Of a stretch of DNA of 38,292 nt, positions 9,934-17,110 are shown in pieces. Within the stretch, counting starts at the first letter, position 1; the number at the start of each line of letters is the position of its first letter. The notes beneath the pieces were generated by a model. The model saw only the letters and a list, made by a program, of their open reading frames with translations, ran no database searches and had not been told where the DNA came from. Made by a program: the position numbers and the translations under genes. The DNA is taken from the sequence record SRR20825006_365. One strand, written 5' to 3'.

Positions 9934-10361
9934 CAGATAAAGCCCTTCATGTTTTGCGCCGTCAAAGGCCGTTCGCGGTCTGTCATCCGCGCGCCAGAGC
10001 CTTGGCCGGAAGCCGATGGTACACCCGCAACCGACAGTTTGATTGTACCGAGCGAGATTTTTTCCAGCGACCGCAGGGCTTGCTTGTAGTCATCGACGAT
10101 CTTTTCGCCGGGGGTGTAGATGTGCAGTTTGTAGATCGCGATCATCACGGCCAAATCGGCCACCAACGGCGGCACCTCTGCCATTGGCAGCACATATTTT
10201 CCCGTAAGATGGCCGTCGATCATCGCGTCCGTGTCGGCAATCGCCCGATCAACAATATCGCTATCAACCATCCCGGTTTGGGGCGTGCCGCGATCTGTCA
10301 GGTTGACCAACATCGGGGTGCCAAAGCGGTCTGTGAGCTGGTCAAGATTGGTATAGGGCAC
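9933..10361 (-). CDS. Head-tail adaptor (Mu gp36 / DUF1320)
   Basis: MPY....L..RFG, AI.D....IDG.L..KY.LP, IAIYKL, YKQAL..L..I..G.I.L. Confidence 0.88.
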   Translation of the reverse strand: MPYTNLDQLTDRFGTPMLVNLTDRGTPQTGMVDSDIVDRAIADTDAMIDGHLTGKYVLPMAEVPPLVADLAVMIAIYKLHIYTPGEKIVDDYKQALRSLEKISLGTIKLSVAGVPSASGQGSGARMTDRERPLTAQNMKGFI

Positions 10362-10412
10362 GGGGTAAAACCTGATTTAAAGGGGGATAAAGAGACGTTG
10401 AAAAGGTGCGGC

Positions 10413-10772
10413 TTATGGGACAGGCACAACAGTGACGACCAGCTCTGGGTCGTTCTTCAACGCAGCAAGTTCCGCCTCAGTCAGATCATCCAACTCAAGG
10501 CGCTGGGTCTGCCGGGTGAAGTGCTTGCCAATGCGCCAGCGACCTTTGGCAGGGCCGGTGATCTCGACATAAGCCCCGGATTTTGGTGGTTGGACCGCGT
10601 CCTTGGAGGCGTCGTTCTCATCTGTGCCGCCAGTGCTCTTATGTGCATTTTCGACGGCAATCTCTTGTTCTCGCTCGTCGATCCGGCGCTGGATGGTGGT
10701 ATCTTTCATGCTGGCTTGGATTGTGATGCCAAGTTCTGTGGCGCGTGCTTCAAGCTGTTCGCGGTCGGTCAT
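10413..10772 (-). CDS. Mu gp35 / HI1506-like protein
   Basis: GRWRIGKHF and LKNDPELVV C-terminus; GGAG RBS before ATG 10772. Confidence 0.75.
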   Translation of the reverse strand: MTDREQLEARATELGITIQASMKDTTIQRRIDEREQEIAVENAHKSTGGTDENDASKDAVQPPKSGAYVEITGPAKGRWRIGKHFTRQTQRLELDDLTEAELAALKNDPELVVTVVPVP

Positions 10773-10807
10773 TGGTGGTCTCCAGGGGATGCGTGAGTGG
10801 ATCAATT

Positions 10808-10838
10808 GAACAAAGCGGTCCGGTCCAGCCGGACCGCT
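10808..10838 (-). terminator. Probable intrinsic terminator/attenuator after the major capsid gene
   Basis: 10-bp stem 10814-10823/10829-10838 followed by a short U-rich tract on the - strand. Confidence 0.6.
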
Positions 10839-10867
10839 CAATCAAGTGACGTAGGGGGCTACGGTGG

Positions 10868-11761
10868 TTAGACGAGCCACGGCACAACCAGCAATTCGGC
10901 AGTGCCTTTCCATTCGTTGGTTTCGCCACCGGCGGCATTCTCAGAGGTGAGCAGCTTGCGCGCCTTCGATTCATTGGATGGGCCAACGACCAGCAAGTTG
11001 GGTGTCAAAGCCAGAGGGCGGCCATGATCCGCTTTCATCGACATCAAAGCTGTGCGCCCGGTTTCATAAGTGGCGGCAGAGAAGTCCTGTTTGGAGCCCC
11101 ATGCTTGCTGCCAAAACCCGTAGCCTGCGCCATGGCGGGCCTCAGTGCCGTAGATGTACTCTTTGTTCATGAAGACGTTTTCATCGGTCGGCTTGTCGAG
11201 CGCTACGAACTTGGCCTTTTCGCGCTCTTGAAAAATGATCGGTTTGATCACCTCATTGGTGCACATCAAGAACCAAGGTGCGCCCGTGCCGCCGTCGGTA
11301 TTGGCCACTGTGCCCACGCTGCCATCCTCGGCAATGACCGGATGGTCGGTGTCAAAGAAGGGCTGCCCGTCGTAGCATGGCGAAGTGAACCCGGCGAGCA
11401 ACGTCTCCCAAACCAGTTGTTCGGGATGGCGCGCGGCAGCGCGGCCCATGGCGGAAAACCGCGTGCCATAGGTGCCCAGCTTGTCGTCTTGGATGTGATT
11501 GCGCGGCACGGAAATCGTCAACTCAAAGTCCTGATTGACGATACGGTAGTCATGGTCTTTGAGGCCATGAATGACGCGCGGACCAAGCCATTCGCGCATG
11601 CCGGGCAATTCGCCAAGCCAGCCATAAAGGTTCTCGCCATCCGTCGAGGGAATGGTTTCGGCCACGCGGTCGCGCATAGAGGTGACTTCGCCGAAGGCCT
11701 CATTGAATTTGAGAGAAAATCCGGTGCGCAACGCGGCGAGGGAGGTTGTGGTGATAAGCAT
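10868..11761 (-). CDS. Mu-like major head subunit (gpT)
   Basis: YGWLGELPGMREWLG, CYDGQPFFDTDHPV, KPIIFQER, GYGFWQ.A.GS. Confidence 0.95.
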   Translation of the reverse strand: MLITTTSLAALRTGFSLKFNEAFGEVTSMRDRVAETIPSTDGENLYGWLGELPGMREWLGPRVIHGLKDHDYRIVNQDFELTISVPRNHIQDDKLGTYGTRFSAMGRAAARHPEQLVWETLLAGFTSPCYDGQPFFDTDHPVIAEDGSVGTVANTDGGTGAPWFLMCTNEVIKPIIFQEREKAKFVALDKPTDENVFMNKEYIYGTEARHGAGYGFWQQAWGSKQDFSAATYETGRTALMSMKADHGRPLALTPNLLVVGPSNESKARKLLTSENAAGGETNEWKGTAELLVVPWLV

Positions 11762-11776
11762 GAAGGGGGTTCCTTG

Positions 11777-12211
11777 TTACAGTGCTGCGCGGGTCAGCGC
11801 TTCGTCAAACCGGACCCAGACGCCCAAAGCGTCGACGTCTTCAACAATGCCAGCGGCAGAGCGCGCGCCGGTGCCATCGGTTTTGGCGACGGTCTGGTCA
11901 TCGACCGCAAAACACGGTTTGCCGATGTCTGCGATGGTGATTTCATCAGCGCCTGCGGAGTTGGCATATTTGAAACGGCCAGCTGTAAAGGTGACGGTTT
12001 TGTCGCCTGCTGCCCCATCGGAGTTGTCCACGGCGGCTTCGGCACGGCCCACGCCAATCAGGTTTGCGCCGGTAACAGCGGGCAGGATGTGGCCCGTGGC
12101 ATCACGCATCAGCATTGCGCCCGCAAAGACATTCACAGAGGCAGCCAGCAGCCCGATTTGGACCTTGCCCGCTTTGGCCGGAGTGTTGCGGCCTTCGATC
12201 AAAGCAACCAT
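11777..12211 (-). CDS. Capsid decoration/cement-like protein
   Basis: VDN..GAAGD, DIGKPCFAVDDQTVAKTDG, GVWV; between protease and capsid genes. Confidence 0.75.
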   Translation of the reverse strand: MVALIEGRNTPAKAGKVQIGLLAASVNVFAGAMLMRDATGHILPAVTGANLIGVGRAEAAVDNSDGAAGDKTVTFTAGRFKYANSAGADEITIADIGKPCFAVDDQTVAKTDGTGARSAAGIVEDVDALGVWVRFDEALTRAAL

Positions 12212-13290
12212 TAGAGTGCCTCCTGAGCTGTCTCGGACGCCAGTTGTTTGGCGAAATCTTCGTGGGAAATGCCAAGTGCATTTGCGACGCCGCGTTGCTG
12301 GGCATTGAGGGAGATTTGGCCGTCCTTATCGGCAGAGGGAGGCAGGTCTGTCATGCCGGATGGCGTGATGACTGGCAGGGCGTTGATCAGCGCCTCTGTG
12401 CGCTGCGGGTTTTCGGCATGCATAGAGATGTAGACATCGCGTTGCGGTTTGACGCCAACGCGCCCCGCTTTGATTGCCTCATCAACAAAGGCAGTGGCTT
12501 TGGCTGTCGTGCCATCGCTTTGAAGCGCCTTCACCGTCTTTCCAAGCTCGGTAATCGTCGCCTGCAAGGCCACGATTTGATCTGGCGCAGCCGTTTTGGC
12601 GGCTTTTGCGGCAGCGAGGATTGCGTTGGCATCACCGCCATCCGCGACACCCAAAGCTGTGCCGATTTCCGCCATCTGGGATTGCAGGGCCACGCTGCCT
12701 GCATCCTCGCCAGATTTGAGATTTGTCGTCAGAGCGTTGGAGATTTCATCCTCCGTCGCGTCTTCAGCGAGGCCAAGTGTTTTGGCCATGCGTTGCATGA
12801 AAGTCATGTCAGTTTCCTGTTGCTGTGAATTGAGAGAAGCCAGACCTTTGAGGTTCGGGCGGTTGACCAGACTGGCGCGTAAAATGCCGAGCACCACCTT
12901 TTGGGCCGTGTGCACGATGACGGGAGAAATGCCGCGATAGGCGTGGGTCGCGACCAGTTCGCGCCCGGCGTCGGTCCACTCGACCTTGCCCCAAATGCCA
13001 TCGTCGCGGGCTTGCATCTCAACAATCCAGCCACGTGCGGGCGAGGCCCCACCTTTGGGTGCTGCAAGGTCGATGGAATGGTTTTCGTCAATGGCAAGAC
13101 GGGTGTCGTCGGCAAAGGAGGCGTCGATGATCGCCTGCGCATCTTTGATGAAATACGGACCACGATTGTCGCCCGTCGCAATCTCAGAGCCACTGGGCAA
13201 AAGATGTATCCACTCAGGCGCGGCACCGGCCTGTTCGGGCGCGATGGTCTGGGCTGCCATAAGGGCGAGGGTGTGAATTGGTGTGTTCAT
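12211..13290 (-). CDS. Mu-like prohead protease/scaffold (gpI), with probable internal scaffold start at 12807
   Basis: PEWIHLLP, IDENH, PARGWI, WG.VEWT, YRGISPV, SLVNRPNL; coiled-coil scaffold C-terminus. Confidence 0.93.
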   Translation of the reverse strand: MNTPIHTLALMAAQTIAPEQAGAAPEWIHLLPSGSEIATGDNRGPYFIKDAQAIIDASFADDTRLAIDENHSIDLAAPKGGASPARGWIVEMQARDDGIWGKVEWTDAGRELVATHAYRGISPVIVHTAQKVVLGILRASLVNRPNLKGLASLNSQQQETDMTFMQRMAKTLGLAEDATEDEISNALTTNLKSGEDAGSVALQSQMAEIGTALGVADGGDANAILAAAKAAKTAAPDQIVALQATITELGKTVKALQSDGTTAKATAFVDEAIKAGRVGVKPQRDVYISMHAENPQRTEALINALPVITPSGMTDLPPSADKDGQISLNAQQRGVANALGISHEDFAKQLASETAQEAL

Positions 13291-13321
13291 GATGGGCCTA
13301 AATTGGCCCGAAAAATCCAAC

Positions 13322-13351
13322 AAAAAACCCCGCCAAGGTGGGCGGGGTGTT
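13322..13351 (-). promoter_or_regulatory. Late-operon regulatory palindrome, copy 1 (upstream of the protease gene)
   Basis: 29/30 identical to 24402-24431; ACCCCGCC-N6-GGCGGGGT. Confidence 0.75.
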
Positions 13352-13578
13352 GGTTCAGATCACGGTGCCAGACTGCCGCATCGTAGGCGTTTGGTCAATG
13401 TGTCTGTGGTGAGGCGGTGCAATTTTAGGGGAAGACGGGCAGCAGTTGCCAGCCGGTGTGAACCGTATCTGCGCGTCCTTTGTTAGGGGCAACTCTGTCT
13501 TGGTTTGTTTTATGGAATAGTCTGCCCACCGAGCTTTTCTTTTATGAGTTGTTAACCAAGATCGTGAAAGAGTGATCT

Positions 13579-13770
13579 ATGGTTTATAAATTCCGCATTT
13601 GTGAAAAAGATGATCTTGCCGACACAGCTCAAGGCTGGGTCGTGGCAATGTCAGAGATCGAAGCCCGCTCAATTCTCGGGAGGAACTCACACCTTCACTT
13701 GGTAGGGCAGAATTCAGAGCTGGCTATACCGAATAGAACCGTATTTGTTACGCATGGGCAGCTTCACTAA
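13579..13770 (+). CDS. Small hypothetical protein (63 aa), convergent with the RT
   Basis: ATG with purine-rich upstream GAAAGAG; plausible composition; AT-rich upstream region. Confidence 0.6.
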   Translation: MVYKFRICEKDDLADTAQGWVVAMSEIEARSILGRNSHLHLVGQNSELAIPNRTVFVTHGQLH

Positions 13771-13858
13771 CGGCCCTTTGCCGCCATTCACAACACGTGC
13801 GATGAAGGTCCGCAGCCGCTCGATTTCGGACGTTAATGCTCGCCGCAAAGAAAACATT

Positions 13859-15460
13859 TCAGTATTCGAGGAGGTCAGACAAGTCATCGCTCGACCCGTT
13901 GAGGTCTTTATTCCTCCTATCAATCCCATGATTCTTTGCGTGCAACCTGGCTGCTTTGCAAGCCTTCACGAAGCTTGGCAGTTGTACTTCGGGTAGTGGC
14001 TCGACTCCATCTTTTCCCTCTTTCTTTACCCAAGCGTTCATATCAAGCCAGCTGCCGTCAATTACTTGAGCATTATTAGGAGTGAGGCCAGAGGCGTAGG
14101 TTACACCTAGCGCATGACGGATTAAGGTCTCACGATGCTTCATTGCACGCCTGATATTGTTTACCATCCATCCGTCAAGTCGAACGAACGGGGAAAGATC
14201 ATCTACCAAAGCATAGTGAGCCATGATGCCATGCATTCTTTTGACTTTCTCTTCCCGATAGAGGCAATCGCAAATATTCTTTTCGGAATTTCCTCCGTAT
14301 ATCGTCTTCCGAAGTTCACTAATCAAACCAAGTAAATCCCAGTCGAACTGAGGCGTGGAAACGCTCACTCTGGCAGGGTTGAAGCTCCCGTTCCTAATGT
14401 ACTGTATGAGGTAAAGGTTTACCAAGCGCCCGATCTTCAACTTAATCTTCGCTTCAACTTTGTCAGATATTGTTGTGCCGCCGGGTGTAAACCTGTACCC
14501 TAGAAAATCAATTTCGCCTGTGGTTCTAATCTCTTGCTCAGTTTCGGAGAACGCAGAAATACCGGGCGATTTATTACGGTTTATCTCAAGAGCGTTCTTA
14601 TGAGCGTGATCATAAAAAGCCTGTTCAACTTGTAGTGCTTGTTCATAGTTGTTTGTTAGTGCAACCACATCATCAGCGTACCGGACAAATTTTCCGGATT
14701 TAAGCTGCAGGCTCTTGTCCAAGTCATGAAGTGCTAAGTTAGCCAAGATCAAAGATACACTGGACCCCTGTGGTGTGCCGACTGAACGCTTTTCTATTAT
14801 CTTCTGAGTGGCACCGCTGGCTCTTTTCACGATAGTCTTCTCGGACTCGTGCGACATAAAGGCCTTAATAATTCGACGTTCGGTGGATGTAATCCGCAGA
14901 GGAGATCTGTTTTCCGAATTTGCGCCAATCAGATCGTCCAGAAACTTATGGGGGATTTTGTCAAAAAATTTCTTAAAATCTACCTGGATAGCGAAAGTTT
15001 TCTCGTGCGGATTGGTGTCATTAAGTGCCTTGATGGCGTCGAAAATGTCTCTATCAGGCAGATAAGCATAACTGTCCGGTGAGAATGCTCGAAGGTTCCG
15101 CTTTACAATGGAACGATATACCAACTTGGCGACCACATTATCTGGAATTGAGAAAGAGGTAAGTGGGCGAGTGCCTCCGTCTTTCTTTGGAATGTCAAAC
15201 GTTCGGGCCAGTTCTGGCTTGTAAGTTCCCTTCTGTATCCTAGCCCAGATTACTTTTGAAATGACGTTACAATTCTTGGTGCAAAAATATGGATCGAAGT
15301 GATCATTAGTTCTCGTCGGAGGGGTAACCGGGAAAGATGTTGAGCCAGTCCGCTTTCTAATCCTTTCGCGGTGTTCTTCGAATTTCTTATTCTTGGCAAC
15401 CATCTTTGCTATCATGCACCGAGAGGTGTACTTTATCTCTTTTTTAATGGCTTCTTGCAA
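13859..15460 (-). CDS. Reverse transcriptase, stand-alone, probably UG/DRT (defence-associated) type
   Basis: RT motifs: IPKKDGGTRPL, SYAY, VDFKKFFDKIPH, GTPQGSSVS..LAN, RYADD, L.IN..KS, IDFLGY. TTG start with GAGGA RBS; AT-richer than the flanking phage genes. Confidence 0.95.
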   Translation of the reverse strand: MQEAIKKEIKYTSRCMIAKMVAKNKKFEEHRERIRKRTGSTSFPVTPPTRTNDHFDPYFCTKNCNVISKVIWARIQKGTYKPELARTFDIPKKDGGTRPLTSFSIPDNVVAKLVYRSIVKRNLRAFSPDSYAYLPDRDIFDAIKALNDTNPHEKTFAIQVDFKKFFDKIPHKFLDDLIGANSENRSPLRITSTERRIIKAFMSHESEKTIVKRASGATQKIIEKRSVGTPQGSSVSLILANLALHDLDKSLQLKSGKFVRYADDVVALTNNYEQALQVEQAFYDHAHKNALEINRNKSPGISAFSETEQEIRTTGEIDFLGYRFTPGGTTISDKVEAKIKLKIGRLVNLYLIQYIRNGSFNPARVSVSTPQFDWDLLGLISELRKTIYGGNSEKNICDCLYREEKVKRMHGIMAHYALVDDLSPFVRLDGWMVNNIRRAMKHRETLIRHALGVTYASGLTPNNAQVIDGSWLDMNAWVKKEGKDGVEPLPEVQLPSFVKACKAARLHAKNHGIDRRNKDLNGSSDDLSDLLEY

Positions 15461-15474
15461 AATTCTTTCCTCAG

Positions 15475-15632
15475 AAAACCCTTTCGGGCGCCGGCACCCT
15501 CAAAGAAATCACCGCAATTGCGTCCACCCTCTAGGCGAGAGCGTCCTCGGGAGAGACCGCCACCATTAAGCTGGAAGCAGCAGTCGTCTGCCACCTGGTG
15601 CCGACTAGACCAAACAGCCTTGAGGGTTTGTC
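15475..15632 (-). ncRNA. Putative RT-associated structured ncRNA (boundaries approximate; may extend to ~15815)
   Basis: Closing stem 15618-15627/15496-15505, internal hairpins, and a terminal GAAA-tetraloop hairpin directly upstream of the RT. Confidence 0.6.
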
Positions 15633-15830
15633 GCATAGGCTGAGCAAATTCGTCAACAGGGTTAAAGCTATCGGTTTCTGTATGCCTTCACAGTCGCGGA
15701 AGGAGCCTTTCTTGAGCGCAGGCAATACGCTCAGCTCAGAGGAAGTGGTGGGACGTCCCCGACCCTTCGTGTTGCTGCCGTTCGTCTCCACTGCACCGAA
15801 CGACTGCTTCCCGCCCGATGCACACATTTA

Positions 15831-16301
15831 TCAGCCCACCGAAACCTTCGCCAACCATTCCTCAATCGTTTCATGTATCTTCGTGCGGTCTTCTTCAGAC
15901 ACGCCAAGGAACGCACGGGCAGGGATATTGCCCCAAGGCGACCCATTGCCGAACGATCCTTTCGCGGCGCCGAATTGCATGACGGCGGCTTGAATGGCAT
16001 TTGATCCGAGTTCCATCCAATCTGGCCCAGAGTTGTAAGCGATGCCCTTGCGCATCCGGCCCGATTGATTGAGCGGCGCGCCAAATTTCAGGCCCAGCTT
16101 GCCGTAGCGGGCAATTGTGGTGGGCGAACGCGGGACGAAGGGTTTGCCGTCCACGTCAACACCAGTCGCAATACGGTCTTGTGTTGAGACCAACATCAAT
16201 TCGCCGATGTCACTCATTGGCTCCGACATATCGCTCATAGCAGCGGCAAGACGTGCCAACCCGGTGGTGATGGTGTCTTCGGTGATCTCAACGCGCATCA
16301 A
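15831..16301 (-). CDS. Virion morphogenesis protein (Mu gpG/gp31-like)
   Basis: PL..SG.M..., GSN..QAAVMQFG, IPARAFLGVSEED. Confidence 0.9.
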   Translation of the reverse strand: MMRVEITEDTITTGLARLAAAMSDMSEPMSDIGELMLVSTQDRIATGVDVDGKPFVPRSPTTIARYGKLGLKFGAPLNQSGRMRKGIAYNSGPDWMELGSNAIQAAVMQFGAAKGSFGNGSPWGNIPARAFLGVSEEDRTKIHETIEEWLAKVSVG

Positions 16302-17110
16302 CGGGCTCCTTTGCCGGAGGCCGCATCCATGAGGGCTGCACGTTGATCTTCAGGCAAGGAGTTCAAAAATGCCTCGGCCAATTCTGGTGGCCAGTTGCCG
16401 ATTTTGCCAGCCAGCGCATTGATCAGGTCTGACACGCTGGCTCCAGGTGCATAGTCCCAGCCTTTGCCGATGCCTGCGGGCGTGCCAGTTTTGGGGCTTG
16501 GTGCGGCCCAGTTCGGATCAAGCTGGACGTCCGGCTTGCCGCCGACACGACGCGCACCGGCCAAAGAGCGCGCACCAAACACACGACACGAGCAGCCCCA
16601 ATCATTGGGGGGATAGTGCGTGCGCCAAAAGGCATGATCGGAGGGCAAGATCAGACCGTCCCAAGCCAAATGCTGGGGGCGGGGATCAAGCGATCCACCA
16701 TGGCGGTACACCCAAAACGGATAATTGCCTGCAACGAGCTGCGCGTGGCGACCGGCCATGTAGCTGGTTTGCAGATTGGTGTCGTAGATCACCCGCATGC
16801 GCCATTCTTCGCCGCGTTTGGTGCCTTCTCCAGTCCAGCCGTGCCAGCCATGGCGCTGCACAGTGTCGCGAAACTCTTGCTTGAACCTTTCGAAGGTGGT
16901 GCCTTCGGCGATGGCTCTTTCTACCGCTGCAGCCAGATCGGCCAATAAGTCCGCCTTGGTCGCACCCGCGACCATAAAGGCGCGATCATGTTGAGCGCGC
17001 AAAAGATCGTCCCACGCTGATGTCGGCACAAGGTTGAGCATGCGCAATCGAAACGCCGTAAGCTGGGCATTGAAGGGCTGACGAAAAATGCTCGCGATGG
17101 TTTCAGGCAT
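16298..17110 (-). CDS. Head morphogenesis protein (Mu gpF/gp30)
   Basis: AFMVAGA, WRMRVIYDTN..TSY.AGR, PRPQHLAWDG, HYPPNDWGCSC. Confidence 0.92.
   Translation of the reverse strand: MPETIASIFRQPFNAQLTAFRLRMLNLVPTSAWDDLLRAQHDRAFMVAGATKADLLADLAAAVERAIAEGTTFERFKQEFRDTVQRHGWHGWTGEGTKRGEEWRMRVIYDTNLQTSYMAGRHAQLVAGNYPFWVYRHGGSLDPRPQHLAWDGLILPSDHAFWRTHYPPNDWGCSCRVFGARSLAGARRVGGKPDVQLDPNWAAPSPKTGTPAGIGKGWDYAPGASVSDLINALAGKIGNWPPELAEAFLNSLPEDQRAALMDAASGKGAR

Noticed and set aside
13765-13838. Canonical integron attC site (CACTAAC ... GTTAATG)
   Set aside because: The ends resemble R''/R' boxes but the internal arms do not pair as attC requires, and no integron integrase is present
13859-15460. RT as part of a diversity-generating retroelement
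   Set aside because: No Avd-like gene, no TR/VR repeat pair seen in the window, and the motif-4 region is not DGR-like; the distal tail genes outside the window could not be checked
15632-15656. Sigma70 promoter for the ncRNA (TTGACG ... TATGCG on the - strand)
   Set aside because: Spacer is only 13 nt; not supportable without TSS data
13780-15830. Group II intron or retron
   Set aside because: No domain V/VI-like sequence after the ORF and no interrupted gene; retron VTG and NAxxH signatures not seen
15371-15993. Short ORFs overlapping the RT leader (67-131 aa)
   Set aside because: No clear RBS, mutually overlapping, low-plausibility sequences; the region is better explained as RNA structure
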